From: a virus | Virus record (IMG/VR): IMGVR_UViG_3300042291_000228 | Coordinates: 1 to 64,000 of that record | Length of the DNA: 64,000 bases | Direction: 5' to 3' (one strand) | In this document: positions 16,350-29,600 of the stretch, one piece after another | Position numbering within the stretch: position 1 is the first letter of the stretch | Layout: the number at the start of each line of letters is the position of its first letter | The notes under the pieces: model-generated | Seen by the model: the letters and a program-made list of their open reading frames with translations, nothing else | Told to the model about the DNA's origin: nothing | Database searches by the model: none | Translations under genes and position numbers: made by a program

Positions 16350-18251
16350 ATGGCACTACCTAATATCTTAGAACAATTTGTTTCATACAATTGTTTGTTT
16401 ACGTTTTCTTGTGCTAGTCCAGCTCAGCTAAATTCTCAATCTTATCGCAGCGGTCAGTTGCCAAATGTCATTGTATCAAGTGCAGGTCGAGATGGTGCTG
16501 CAAGAGTACAAACAGCCTACGGTGCCCCTGAATATTTTATTGACAATCTTTCGATAACAAATTTTGTAGTTCCTACCAATGGCACAGGGTCGGGACCTTG
16601 GTCAAAACTTGAATTTGAAGTATTTGAACCTTACAGTATGGGACTATTTCTTCAGAGCTGTCAGGCAGCAGCGGTGAATTCCGGATACAAGAGTTATCTT
16701 GATAATGCTGCCTATGTGTTGAGATTGGAATTTGTAGGATGGACCGGACCAGGAGAGAGTATGACTGTAGGACCATTTAATTGGTTAGTAAAACTAATGA
16801 ATGCAAATTTTACAGTCAATGAAGCAGGCAGCACCTACAAGGTAGAATGTTTCCCCTACAATCATGTGGCATTATCTCAGCAGATGAACAAAGTTTTTAA
16901 CGACGTAAAACTTGTGGGCAAAAACAGCAACGAAGTGCTAGTAGATCATCCTGAGTTTAGTTTAGTATCTTTTTTAAACAAGAGAGAAGATCAACTTGTA
17001 AAAGATCAGAAAAAAACCTATCCGGACAAGTACAATATAGAATTTGTAGGAGATAATCCCTATGGCCGCAGTCCCGGTAATGATCTAGAATTTACACCAG
17101 AAAGCCAAGGCGGAACTGAAAAACCCAAACGTGCAGGAGACATCTACGACGAAGCCAGCGGAAAAATTATTAGGGGAAAAATGTCTATCAATCCTAAAGA
17201 AAAGTCTCTGCAATTTAGTCAAGATACCAGCATCACAAACATCATTGATCAGGTGATTCTCAGCACTAGAGAAGCTAGAGATCGAGCAACCAACGAAGCA
17301 TTAATTGACGATCAAGGTAGAGTAACTTGGTGGAAAACCAACGTTGATGTAAAACTATTAGATCTTGATCCCAAACTTAAGGATTTTTCTAAAGAAATTA
17401 CTTTTAGAGTGCAGCCTTATAAAATACATCACAGTGCTTATCTATCGCCAGAAGCCACAAGTAAAGGAATAGCAGCCTGCAAAAGTGCCGCACAAAAAGA
17501 ATACAACTATATATACACAGGTCTAAACACAGATATCATTAAATTCAACATTGAAATAAAAAATATGCTGTTTACAGCTATTGATCCTAACAAGGTTGAA
17601 GACTCGGGGGGTGTTGCTAATAATTCTACAAACACATCTAGACCTAGCCCCACAATGACTAGTAAACAGGCACAAGGAGCCTCAGCTCCATCGGTAGGAG
17701 GAGGTGCTGCTTCTGCAAAATTTGATATGGCCACGGGAAATATTCCGTTCAAAGGCGGGTCAGGTCAAACCAGTACCGAACAAAAAATCGCCAATGAATT
17801 TTATATGGCTTATCTTAACAGTGTAGGAAATCAAATAAATCTAGATTTAGAAATTTTAGGCGATCCCTATTTCCTTCCTGAAGTTGGATACAGTAATTTT
17901 CATAGTGACAGTGACGATCAAGTAACTGAAAATGGAACCATGAATCACGAAGCCACAGATATTTGGGTGGTGGTAAATTTTAGAACTCCTGCAGATCCAG
18001 ATGCTGGAGGCGCGGCCGCTGCTGATCCCGGCGGTTATTATTTTCCTGAAGGACAAAGTCCCAGTCCGTTTAGTGGATTGTTTAAGGTTACAAAAGCAGA
18101 AGCTAGATTTAAAGGCAATTTATTCACACAGGTAATAGCAGGTTTTAGGATACCTGCTCAAGATCAAAGCGGCAGTGGAGATGTATTCCCAACAAAAACA
18201 GATAAACCAGAACGAGATACCGGAACATATATAAACGCTCCGGGAGCATAA
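16350..18251 (+). CDS. baseplate hub protein (gp27/gpD-like)
   Basis: Located between gp53 and gp5; LEILGDP and FSGLFKV..F.Q C-terminal motifs. Confidence 0.6.
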   Translation: MALPNILEQFVSYNCLFTFSCASPAQLNSQSYRSGQLPNVIVSSAGRDGAARVQTAYGAPEYFIDNLSITNFVVPTNGTGSGPWSKLEFEVFEPYSMGLFLQSCQAAAVNSGYKSYLDNAAYVLRLEFVGWTGPGESMTVGPFNWLVKLMNANFTVNEAGSTYKVECFPYNHVALSQQMNKVFNDVKLVGKNSNEVLVDHPEFSLVSFLNKREDQLVKDQKKTYPDKYNIEFVGDNPYGRSPGNDLEFTPESQGGTEKPKRAGDIYDEASGKIIRGKMSINPKEKSLQFSQDTSITNIIDQVILSTREARDRATNEALIDDQGRVTWWKTNVDVKLLDLDPKLKDFSKEITFRVQPYKIHHSAYLSPEATSKGIAACKSAAQKEYNYIYTGLNTDIIKFNIEIKNMLFTAIDPNKVEDSGGVANNSTNTSRPSPTMTSKQAQGASAPSVGGGAASAKFDMATGNIPFKGGSGQTSTEQKIANEFYMAYLNSVGNQINLDLEILGDPYFLPEVGYSNFHSDSDDQVTENGTMNHEATDIWVVVNFRTPADPDAGGAAAADPGGYYFPEGQSPSPFSGLFKVTKAEARFKGNLFTQVIAGFRIPAQDQSGSGDVFPTKTDKPERDTGTYINAPGA

Positions 18252-18252
18252 T

Positions 18253-19734
18253 ATGATTGAAAAAAGAGAAGACCAACGAGAAAATTCACAAGGTAGTCTT
18301 ACCGGTGCTCCTTATTTGGCTAAAATTATAGGGCATGCAGATCTGTTGTTTCAAGGCGGCCTTGAAGTTGTGCTTATTCGAGACTCTGGAAATCAAATAG
18401 GTAATGAAAGTCAAACCTATTTTGTAAAATATGCCAGCCCGTTTTATGGATGTACACCTTTTGAGTTCACTGGACAAAATGTCACAGCAGATGATTCTCA
18501 GATGAGCTATGGATTCTGGGGTGTTCCTCCAGACACCGGCGTAACCGGCATTGTGCTTTTCATAGACGGAAAACCAGATCAGGGCTATTGGGTGGCAAAT
18601 GTTCAAGATAAATTTCAAAATCACATGGTCCCTGCTATTGGCGGAACCACTGCGTATAAAACAGACGAAGACTATCAGCAGGAGGAACATCCGCTACCTG
18701 TGGTTGAACATAATAGAAAAGCCAACGAAGGCGACAAAAATTTAGAAATTGATAAAATACCTAGAGCTGTGCATCCTATTGCTAGACGATTTAAAATTCA
18801 GGGACTAACTAGAGATGAAGTAAGGGGAACCAGTACTTCTACGTCAAGACGAGATGTGCCAAACATGGTGTTTGGAATGAGCAGTCCTGGTCCTGTAGAT
18901 AGAAATGGCAAGAAAAAGTTTTTGGGAAATAGAGAAAGTCCAACACCAACACCAGTTCCGGTTCAAAGACTCGGAGGAACACATTTTGTTATGGATGACG
19001 GTGATGACAGATACTATAGAGAAACAAAGCCCACTGACGGAGCTCCTACCTATGTAAAAAATCCCGAAGGACTAAAAGATATTCCCTACAACGAACATTT
19101 TAGAATTAGGACTAGAACAGGACATCAATTGTTATTTCATAATTCTGAAGATTTGATTTATATCGGAAACAGCAGGGGCACAGCCTGGATTGAATTTACC
19201 AGCGACGGTAAAATTGACATCTATGCCGAGGACAGTATTAATATTAGAACTAAACAAGATTTTAATTTTGTTGCTGATAGAGATTTTAATCTAGAAGTTG
19301 GCCGTAATTTTAACCTTAAAGTAAACGGAGAAATGCAAGTTGAAACTGGTGCAAACTACAATGTGATTGTAGGTACTAACGGTAAAATTACCGTTGGCGG
19401 AACCATGGATTTAAATGTAACAGGTAGTTATAAAGAAACTGCCGCAGAAATTCATATGAACGGCCCAGTAGCAACAAAAGCGTTAAGATTAAAGACACAC
19501 AGTCTACCAGACCTTCCAGCACCCAACGAAGATGATGTAGACAGAACAGTTATAGTAAGAAGGATGCCCACAGCTGAACCGTATCCTTTCCACGAAAATC
19601 TAGATGCTACAAAAGTCAAACCAGATCTAACAGATCGAGACGTTGACGGTCGATATGAAGGCGAAAGTGCTAGTATGCGAACACCACCTAGTGATTGGCG
19701 CAAATACAAAAAACCCAGTGATACTCCGTTCTAA
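18253..19734 (+). CDS. gp5: central spike, gp5/VgrG-like, without a lysozyme domain
   Basis: OB-fold with SYGFWGVPPD, RIRTRTGHQ, beta-helix repeats, IHMNG. Confidence 0.8.
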   Translation: MIEKREDQRENSQGSLTGAPYLAKIIGHADLLFQGGLEVVLIRDSGNQIGNESQTYFVKYASPFYGCTPFEFTGQNVTADDSQMSYGFWGVPPDTGVTGIVLFIDGKPDQGYWVANVQDKFQNHMVPAIGGTTAYKTDEDYQQEEHPLPVVEHNRKANEGDKNLEIDKIPRAVHPIARRFKIQGLTRDEVRGTSTSTSRRDVPNMVFGMSSPGPVDRNGKKKFLGNRESPTPTPVPVQRLGGTHFVMDDGDDRYYRETKPTDGAPTYVKNPEGLKDIPYNEHFRIRTRTGHQLLFHNSEDLIYIGNSRGTAWIEFTSDGKIDIYAEDSINIRTKQDFNFVADRDFNLEVGRNFNLKVNGEMQVETGANYNVIVGTNGKITVGGTMDLNVTGSYKETAAEIHMNGPVATKALRLKTHSLPDLPAPNEDDVDRTVIVRRMPTAEPYPFHENLDATKVKPDLTDRDVDGRYEGESASMRTPPSDWRKYKKPSDTPF

Positions 19735-19745
19735 GGAAATAAATT

Positions 19746-20180
19746 ATGGCAAAAATATATACCAACACAGTTATTGCAAAAAACAAAGCCAGTCTAGGAA
19801 ATGCAAATTCAGGCAATTTTCGATACAGGGGATTTAGTTCTAAGGAATTTAAAAGAAACTACAAGTTGTACGATGCAGAATTGATCAAACAAGATCTCAT
19901 CAACCATTTCTATATTAGAAAGGGTGAAAAATTAGAAAATCCTAAATTTGGAACTATTATCTGGGATACGCTATTTGAGAATTTTACCCCAGAAATAAAA
20001 GCAGCAATTGCTAAAGATGTTGAAGAAATTATTAATTTTGATAAACGTGTAAAAGTAAACTCAGTGTCTATAGATAGCACACAACAAGGCATACGCATAG
20101 AAGCAGAAATAGTGATACTACCATTTGATATCACCGATACACTGCGTTTAGACTTTGATAGAGATAACACAATAACATAA
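19746..20180 (+). CDS. gp25: baseplate wedge / sheath initiator gp25
   Basis: LIKQDLINHFYIRKGEKLENPKFGTIIWDTLFE, DKRV. Confidence 0.9.
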   Translation: MAKIYTNTVIAKNKASLGNANSGNFRYRGFSSKEFKRNYKLYDAELIKQDLINHFYIRKGEKLENPKFGTIIWDTLFENFTPEIKAAIAKDVEEIINFDKRVKVNSVSIDSTQQGIRIEAEIVILPFDITDTLRLDFDRDNTIT

Positions 20181-20200
20181 AATACGCATTTTATTTTTAC

Positions 20201-20208
20201 AATAAATA
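20201..20208 (+). promoter_or_regulatory. late promoter AATAAATA
   Basis: 18 nt upstream of gp6 ATG. Confidence 0.6.
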
Positions 20209-20226
20209 TCAGTATAGGGAACGAAA

Positions 20227-23200
20227 ATGACAACTACGTCTAGACAGAACAATTTAATTTTAAACCAGGACTGGAAAAGAATTTATCAGACCTTTAAAAA
20301 TGCTGACTTTAAAAGCTATGATTTTGAAAATCTGCGTAGGGTTATTATCACCTATCTTCGTGAAAATTATCCAGAAGATTTTAACGATTATATTGAAAGT
20401 TCAGAATATCTAGCACTGATAGATGCAGTTGCGTTTCTAGGACAGAGTCTAGCTTTCCGTACTGACCTAGCCAGTAGAGAGAATTTTTTAGAACTAGCAG
20501 AAACCAAAGAGTCTGTACTTCGATTAGCCCGATTGATTTCCTACAACAGCAGAAGAAATATTCCTGCACAAGGCTTAATTAAATTTGACACAGTGTCTAC
20601 CACAGAAGGGGTACTAGACAGCAACAACAAGAATCTTGCCAGCCAAACAATTATTTGGAATGATCCTACCAATTCAAATTGGTTAGAGCAATTTATTTTA
20701 GTTATAAATTCTGCAATGGCAGACAACACTGAATTTGGCCGCAGTCAGGGGACTGACACAATTCAAGGCATTGATTCACAACAGTATAGATTTAGATCTA
20801 ATTTTACAGATGTACCAATTTTCAACTTTGAAAAAATAGTGGCCAGTAGAAAGATGCCGTTTGAATTGGTAAGTACCAGTTTTATCGGCGCAGAAGATTA
20901 CTATGAAGAACCGCCTATTCCCGGCAGTCAATTAGGATTTATTTATAGACAAGACGGCAAAGGCAGTGCCAGTGCTAACACTGGTTTCTTTATGCTGTTG
21001 AAACAAGGCAGTCTAGAATTAACTGATTTTAGTGTTGATGTTCCTACCACAAACGAAGTTATTTCTGTTGATGTTACCGGAATCAATGATTCAGATGTTT
21101 GGTTGTTTGCCACAAATTCAGATGGCACACAAGGATCTGCGTGGACCAAGGTTAGCAGTATCACAGGCAGCAATATTGCCTACAACAGTATCAATTCAAA
21201 TATAAGAAATATCTATAGTGTGATTACCAAAGAAGATGATAAAATTGATTTGGTATTTGCAGACGGCACTTATGGCAACTTGCCCCAAGGAGCTTTCAAA
21301 GCATACTATAGAGTCAGTAACGGTCTCAGCTACACAGTTAGTCCTGCTGAAATGCGAGCAATCAATATTTCTGTGCCTTATATAAACAAAGCAGGTGTAA
21401 GACACGACTTATTGATCAGTTGTAGTTTGAAATATACCATTAGCACTGCAACAGCCTCTGAAGACATTGACAGTATCAAAGCCCGTGCTCCTGCAATTTA
21501 TTACACACAAAATCGCATGATCACTGGGGAAGATTATAATCTAGCCCCATTGTCCAGCAGTCAAGATATTTTAAAAGTCAAAGCTATCAATCGAACCAGC
21601 AGCGGCATCAGTAGAAATTTTGACGTAATTGATGCCAGCGGAAAATACTCAAGTGTAAATGTTTTTGCAGACGATGGAGTGATATACAAAGAACAAACAG
21701 AAAGAACAGAGTCTTTCAAGTATACCAACAGAATTGATATTATAAATTACATCAGAAACAACATAGAACCCCTGTTGACCAACACAGATGTGTATAATTT
21801 TTATCTAACAAATTTTACAAAAATACAATTCACAGATTCAAACACACTTTGGACGCAAACTACCAACGATGTAAATTCATCCACGGGCTATTTTATCAAC
21901 AACATAGATCAGTCATTATTCAAAGTTGGAACATATACCACTAACTCTTTGAAATATGTGTTTGCAGGAGCACTGATTAAATTTCAACCTCCTGCCGGTA
22001 AGGCCTTTAAAAAGGGTGCGATCGTCAACGTCAGTGCCGCAGATGTAGAACAGACAGATAGAATTTGGGTTAAAGTTGTTAAAATTACAGGAGACGGAAC
22101 TAACGCTGGCCGCGGAGCATTGGCCAACGGACTTGGTCCTATTGTGTTCAATGATGTTGTACCTACAGGAGCAATTGCGACACGGATAGTTCCTAGATTC
22201 GTCAACAACTTGCCAACTGCTCTAGAAAATGAAATGACCAATCTCATTAGCTTGAATGTGAATTTTGGTCTAAGATATGAGTCTATAGAAAGTTCTTGGA
22301 AAATTATTACCTCTGCAAATATTGATCTATTAAATGATTTTAGTCTAGGTCGTGCCGGAGATACTACTAACAGTAATCTAGACACGTCTTGGATAGTAGC
22401 GTTTGTAAGACAGCCAGACAGTTATAATGTGAGAATCAGAGGACTAGATTATATTTTTAGAAGTCTAGAACAGAACAGATTTTATTTTGATGTAAATCAA
22501 AAAACTTTTGATAGAACAACTGGAAAAACAGTCAAAGACAAAGTTAATATTCTTGGAATAAATTCCGATAACGGCTTGATAAATGCTTTGAAAAATGACA
22601 AAACATTTGAAGTCAGTGATGTAATCAAATTTGAAGATGGTTATCAAAGTGCCAATGAAATAAAACTATCATTTGCCGACAGCGACGACGATGGTGTTAT
22701 TGACAACCCTGATTCGTTTGAACAGATAGTTGGTCAAGATCTAGATCTAAAATACTTGTTTTTTTATAAAACAACAGATGCTTCCGGATACACAACGTAT
22801 TCTTATGTTGATAACATCAACGATACTATTCTAATTAGACAAACTGAAAGCAATATTATTATTTCTGATTATGTCAACGGACAATTAATTTATTTTTATG
22901 CCAGTAATGAAAATAGAATAAAGCGTGTTGACCTAGGCACTAATACCTTGATAATCGAATCTGATTACAAAGCAGTGATAGGTCGAGCCGATCTCAAATT
23001 TCAATATATTCATAATGCCAACATTGATCGAAGAATAGATCCTAGTGTAAGTAATATAATGGATATTTTTCTTTTAACAAGAACCTACGATACTGAATTT
23101 AGAAAGTATATAGCAGGAGCCATAAGCCAACCTGAAGTTCCAACTAGTGACGCATTGAGAATAGCATTCGGAACGCAGTTGAATTTAATTAAATCTATCA

Positions 23201-23628
23201 GTGATGAATTAATCTATCATCCTGTAAATTACAAAATTCTATTTGGTAGTACAGCCGATCCTAAACTACAGGCACAATTTAAAGTGGTCAAAAATCCCTA
23301 CAAAACAATCAATGATAATGATCTAAAGGTAAGAATAGTTTCGGCAATCAACAGTTTCTTTGATATTAACAATTGGGATTTCGGAGACAGATTTTACCTA
23401 GGAGAATTAATTACATACATTACCAACGAAGTTGCACCGGATGTTAGTAATCTTGTGATCGTACCTAGACAACCAGACCAAACATTCGGTAGTCTATTTG
23501 AAATACAAAGTCAACCAGAAGAAATTTTTATCAGCGGCGCAACAGTAGATGATATCGTAATTGTTACAGCAATTACTGCGGTTGAAATACGTGCAGATGT
23601 GGCATCTATAGTAAACTCAACACAATAA
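20227..23628 (+). CDS. gp6: baseplate wedge protein, T4 gp6-like
   Basis: DFENLR..FNDYIESS, ENFLELA..SVLRLARLISY, FADGTYG..P, QNRMITGEDY; follows gp25. Confidence 0.88.
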   Translation: MTTTSRQNNLILNQDWKRIYQTFKNADFKSYDFENLRRVIITYLRENYPEDFNDYIESSEYLALIDAVAFLGQSLAFRTDLASRENFLELAETKESVLRLARLISYNSRRNIPAQGLIKFDTVSTTEGVLDSNNKNLASQTIIWNDPTNSNWLEQFILVINSAMADNTEFGRSQGTDTIQGIDSQQYRFRSNFTDVPIFNFEKIVASRKMPFELVSTSFIGAEDYYEEPPIPGSQLGFIYRQDGKGSASANTGFFMLLKQGSLELTDFSVDVPTTNEVISVDVTGINDSDVWLFATNSDGTQGSAWTKVSSITGSNIAYNSINSNIRNIYSVITKEDDKIDLVFADGTYGNLPQGAFKAYYRVSNGLSYTVSPAEMRAINISVPYINKAGVRHDLLISCSLKYTISTATASEDIDSIKARAPAIYYTQNRMITGEDYNLAPLSSSQDILKVKAINRTSSGISRNFDVIDASGKYSSVNVFADDGVIYKEQTERTESFKYTNRIDIINYIRNNIEPLLTNTDVYNFYLTNFTKIQFTDSNTLWTQTTNDVNSSTGYFINNIDQSLFKVGTYTTNSLKYVFAGALIKFQPPAGKAFKKGAIVNVSAADVEQTDRIWVKVVKITGDGTNAGRGALANGLGPIVFNDVVPTGAIATRIVPRFVNNLPTALENEMTNLISLNVNFGLRYESIESSWKIITSANIDLLNDFSLGRAGDTTNSNLDTSWIVAFVRQPDSYNVRIRGLDYIFRSLEQNRFYFDVNQKTFDRTTGKTVKDKVNILGINSDNGLINALKNDKTFEVSDVIKFEDGYQSANEIKLSFADSDDDGVIDNPDSFEQIVGQDLDLKYLFFYKTTDASGYTTYSYVDNINDTILIRQTESNIIISDYVNGQLIYFYASNENRIKRVDLGTNTLIIESDYKAVIGRADLKFQYIHNANIDRRIDPSVSNIMDIFLLTRTYDTEFRKYIAGAISQPEVPTSDALRIAFGTQLNLIKSISDELIYHPVNYKILFGSTADPKLQAQFKVVKNPYKTINDNDLKVRIVSAINSFFDINNWDFGDRFYLGELITYITNEVAPDVSNLVIVPRQPDQTFGSLFEIQSQPEEIFISGATVDDIVIVTAITAVEIRADVASIVNSTQ

Positions 23629-23632
23629 AATT

Positions 23633-26600
23633 ATGGCAAAAGATATTTTCCCTCAAAGTCAGTTACCAATTCGCAGAACTGTAGAACTTCTACCAGAAGT
23701 CTTTCAAACTGAAACTAATGCAAAATTTATGTCTGCAGTTGTTGATCCCTTGGTTCAACCTGGTACGTTATCTAAAACAGTTGGTTATGTAGGCCGTAGA
23801 TACGGTAAAACTTATAATGGTTCGGACGTATACTTAGACACAGATGCAACTCTTAGAAGTAGATATCAATTAGAACCTGGTGTTACAATCAAAGAAAAAG
23901 ACAAAGTAGAAAATTTTTATGATTATATAGATTTTAAAAATCAATTGAAATTTTTTGGCAACAATCTAGAAAGAGATGATTTAATCACAGATCAAGATCA
24001 CTATTCTTGGAATCCTCCGATCGATTGGGACAAGTTTGTAAATTTTCGTGAATACTATTGGGTGCCGGATGGTCCTCCACCTATCACAGTATTTGGTCAA
24101 CGACAGTCTATAACCAGCACATATAGAGTAAGATTAGGAGTAGGATCATCTTGGGTATTTTTCCCAGACGGTCTGTCGTTAAATCCCTCTCTCACACTCT
24201 ATAGAGGACAAACCTACAAATTTCAGGTCAATGCACCGGGCGAAGGGTTTGTTATTAAAACTGCCTATGATACTGGATCATTAATTTACAAACCTTATCT
24301 ACCATATCAGCAAGGTCAATTTGCAGTATTCAATAACAAGTTATGGAAAGCTAAAACTTTTATTCCTGTAACTGATGGAAGTACCATAGACGAAGATAGT
24401 CAAGATTGGGAATATATCGAAGCAGCTAGTCAAGCTACTGCATTAGACTATAATACAGGAATTACCGGGCAAGGAGCAACTAATGGTACTTTGACTTTTA
24501 CTGTACCGTTAGATGCACCCGATGTATTATTTTATCAAAGCGCCACAGATATTAATAGATTTGGTAGATTCCTTGTTGCTGATATTGAATCAAATACCAA
24601 AATTGATATCACTAACGAAGTTATTGGTAAAACCACATATGTCAGCAGTAATGGTATTACATTTACCAACGGTATGAAAGTTAGATTTTCTGGTCTAGTA
24701 ACACCTACAAAATATTCCGCAGACACTTGGGTAATAGAAGGTGTTGGAGAATCTATTAGATTAATTAGATTTCAAGATTTATCTCCCCCGACCCTTAGCA
24801 CAACAAGTCTAGAAGTGTTGTTTGACGATGGCGGATTTGACACAGAGCCCTTTGATGATGCGGCCACATATCCAGAATTCAAAGACTATATTACAATTAA
24901 TAGAGCCAGCCAAGATTCAAATCCTTGGAGTAGATACAACAGATGGTTTCACCGATCGGTTCTAGAACAGGCACACAGTTTTAACGATAGCGAGTTTGAT
25001 TCGATTGAAACAGCGAGAGCCAAAAGACCTATTATTGAATTTTCTTCAAATCTGCAGTTATTCAATCACGGTAGCCTAGCAAAAACGCCAGTTGATTTTA
25101 TTGATACTTTTACCACCGACGTATTTTCAACCATAGAAGGCAGTATTGGATACAATGTCGACGGTGAAGAATTATTTAATGGTGCTAGATTATTGGTCAC
25201 AGCAGATACCGACACATTAGCCAATAATAGAATTTACACAGTGAACTTTATAATTCACAATAACCGTAGACAAATCAATTTAGTAGAAACTACCGACGCA
25301 ACTTCTACCATCGGTGACGGAGTGTTTGTTAGACGCGGCCTATTAAACAAAGGAATAATGTATCACTTTAACGGTACATCTTGGGTAGCCAGTCAAAAGA
25401 AAACCGCAGTAAATCAAAGTCCGTTATTTGATGTATTTGACGATAATGGTGTCAGTTACGGAGACATGGACACATATCCTGTTAGCAGTTTCTTAGGAAC
25501 TAAACTAGTAAGCTATAAAGTTGGAAACAGTATTGTTGATACCGAATTAGGATTTAGCTTAAGTTATCTAAATATCAACAATGTAGGAGATATTGAATTT
25601 AATTTTGACTGGGATGTAGATACATTTAATTATAATTTTGACAAAAAAGTATTCAACAAGACAATTAGACAAGGTTATTACAAATTTACACATACTGGAA
25701 GTTATGCCAACGGATGGCTTAAATCTGATCGAACATACTTACAACCGGTAATTTACAGTACCACAGTTACTGAAGTTTCAACACAAATTGTTAGCAATGG
25801 TATCAAATGGACAGACGTTCAAGACGATGAGATTTCTAAAATTTTAATCTACGTTAACGGAATAAAATATTCTGGAAGCTACACTAGAAATCAGAATATT
25901 TTTACGTTTCCTACCAGTTTTAAAATAAATGACATTGTTACAATTAAAGTTTTTGCAGATGCAGATCCTCACTTGGGATATTATGAGATTCCAGTAGGAC
26001 TTGAAAAAAATCCTCTGAACAGCGAAGTAAAAACATTTACTCTAGGACAGGCAGTCGATCATGTTTCAACGGCGCTAGACTTATTTGATCAATTTAACGG
26101 ATCATATCCAGGCTCGAGTAATCTAAGAGATCTTACCGGATATCAAAATCTTTCAAGAAGATTTCTAAAACATTCAGGAATTACTCCTACAGCAATAATG
26201 TTACTGTGCGACAAACACGTAAACGTTATTAAATCTATTCAGTACGCAAAAAAATCTTATACAGAATTTAAAAATAACTTTATTAAATTTGCTGAAACCG
26301 CCATATATAATCTAGATCCTGTTGGATTTGTTGATGAAATATTGGCCACTATGTCTAAAGTTAAAACGCAAAAAGATGCATTTGCAGATTCTGATATGGT
26401 GGGCAGCGGCGCCTACAATCTCAAAGAATACGTTGTAGAAGACACAGAAATTATAACTTTTGCATTAAACGCAAAATTTAACTTAACCCAACTTAGCAGA
26501 ACAGCAGTATATATCTATATTAACAATGTGCAGTTGATTCATGGTATCGATTATACATTTAATGATACGTTTGGATTTGTTAGTATTTCCAAAGCACTAA

Positions 26601-29600
26601 CACAAGGAGATATTATTCAAATAAAAGAATATGTTTCTTCAAGTTTCTGTTTTATTCCGCCAACTCCTTCAAAATTAGGTTTATATAAAACCTATATTCC
26701 GTCTTTGTTTTTAGATGATACCTACGTAACTCCTATCAATGTTATTCGAGGTCACGATGGCAGTATCACAGTAGCCTACGGTGATTTCCGAGATGATGTA
26801 TTATTAGAATTAGAAAAACGAATCTACAATAACATTAAACAAGAATATACAGAAGATTTGTTTAGTCAAGATAATATTCTTGGAGGATACTACGGATCAT
26901 CTACATACACTAAACAAGATTTAGACAGCGTAATCAGTTCTGAATTTCTAAGATGGTTTAGTGAAACAAATGTAGACTATCTAACTAACACATTTTTTGA
27001 TAGTGAAGATTCTTTTACCTACACCTATTCAAATATGGGGGATCCTACCGGGCAGTTAAATTTACCTGGATGGTGGAGAGGAGTGTATACTTGGTTGTAT
27101 GATACTGATAGACCACATCGTTGTCCCTGGGAAATGTTGGGATTTAGTCAACAACCTAGCTGGTGGGAAGACCAATACGGTTCAGCACCATATACAAAAA
27201 ATAATTTACTACTGTGGGAAGATCTAGCTGCTGGTATAATCCGCCAAGGATCTCGAGCAGGAATTTATGATAGATACAAAAGAGCTACACTGCTAAATCA
27301 TATTCCTGTAGACGGAGACGGTAACCTATTAAGCCCATTTGAATCGGGAGCAGCTACTAATTTTGTTTTATACAACAATAAAGGCACATTTAAATTTGGT
27401 GACATAGCCCCAGTGGAATACGCCTGGCGTAGTAGCAGTGATTATCCATTTGTTATTATGCTGGCACTATGTCTAATGAGACCTTACGAATTTATCATTG
27501 AAACTCTTGATAAATCTAGAATCAAAGTTAACAAAATTGGTCAAACAGTTAATAAAAATACAAATTTATTCTTTAAGAATTCGGATATTATTGTTCCAAC
27601 ATCTGGAGGCAATCAAACTTCTGGCCTTGTAAATTATGTTGTAGATTATTTAAGATCGAGGGGACTGACTGAATCAGTGCTGCAAAAGAAAATAGATAAT
27701 TTAGATGTTAATTTGTCTACTAGATTAAGTGGATTTGTAGATCAAAGTCAACAAAAATATATTTTAGATAGTAAAAATCCCAGCGCCAGCACTAGCAATA
27801 TTTTTCTTCCTCAAGAAAATTATGATATTAATTTTAACATTAGCGCACCAATTTCTAGTCCAAGTTATAGTGCAGTAGTGATTGAAAAACTGGCTGGTGG
27901 TTTTAAACTTTTTGGTTATGACATCAGTGAACCTTACTTTAAATATTTTGAAGCTGTTAAAAGCACCAATGATCCTTTGCTATCAGTAGGTGGTGTCAGT
28001 GAAAATTTCATCGACTGGGAATCTAACAAGATTTTTGGCAATGGAACAATAATTAGAGTAGCCGATATTTTTTACAGATGTATTAAATCTCACACCAGTG
28101 GCATAGATTTTGATGTACAATTTTGGCAAAGAATAGCAAAATTGCCGTTGGTAGGTGCAGTAGAAGTTTTTAGAAGAAGAACTGTAAATACAGCCACGGT
28201 ACAAGAAATACCCTACGGAACAATATTTTCAACTCTACAAGAAATCGCAGATTTTATCATAGGTTATGATGCATATCTACAATCACAGGGATTTGAATTT
28301 ACCGGTTATGATGGCAATCTAGAATCAGCCAAAGATTGGATTACTTCAATAAAAGAATTATTGTTTTGGTCAAAACACCAATGGGCTGACAGCTCATTAA
28401 TCACGTTGAGTCCTGCTGCTGCAAAAATAGAATTAAACATTGACATCGGAGTTGCTGACAATCTGCTCGATAGCTTTTATGATTATAATATTTTAAAAGT
28501 TGATGGGACCATTCTGCCTGTGGAATTTATAAATGTCAACAGAGAGTTTAAAAAATTAACGGTGGATGTTGTCAACGACTCGGACGGCATATACTTTTTT
28601 AGATGTTATTTTGTTTTGAAAGAACACGTAACAATTTTTGATGATCGTACAGTGTTTAATGATGTGTTATATGATAAGCCAACGGGCTATCGTCAAGAAC
28701 GTATCAAGAGTCGTGGATTCCGCACAGTTGACTGGGACGGCGATTATACAAGTCCGGGATTCTTATTTGACAATGTTAATATACAGATCTGGCAACCCTT
28801 TACTGATTATAAACTAGGCGACATCGTCAATTACAAATCTTACAATTGGACCAGTCTAGTAAATCAACAGGGATCTATTCAATTTAATGACAGTAATTGG
28901 ACCAAATTAGATACAACCCCTGCCAAAGGACTGATCAGCAATTTTGATGTTAGAGTTAGTCAATTTGAAGATTATTATAACGTAGACGCTGACGGAGCCG
29001 GCGCCAGTCAGCGAGAGCTAGCAAGACATCTAATAGGATATCAAACTAGAGAATACCTACAGAATCTTGCAGAAGATAATGTCACTCAATTTAAATTGTA
29101 TCAAGGCTTTATCAGAGAAAAAGGCACAGCTAACGCTGTGGTCAAAGTTTTTGACAAGCTCAGTAGAATCACTGCCGATAGTATTGTACTAGATGAAGAA
29201 TGGGCTTTTAATGTTGGTAGACTAGGGGGCCTAGACCAACTCAATGAAATAGAATTTGAAATTGTCAAAGATAATCTGTTGGTAAATCCACAGGCCATAG
29301 TTATTACTAACGGCCCAATTTCTAAAAATTTATCGGACAAATATCTAAGAGTAAATCAAACTAATTTTACTAGGTCCTTGATTCCTTACAGTGTTGACAT
29401 TAATCCGTTGACCAACTATCAAGGAATTACTAGAAATGCCGGATATGTTAAAACAGATCAAATAGAGTTATTTGTTAGATCAAGAGACGACATATTATCA
29501 CTGGATATTTCATCCTTGGTTGAAAATTCTCACATATGGGTTACTTTTGATAATGCATCTTGGACAGTGTTGAGATTAAATCTCTCTACTGCTCTAACAA

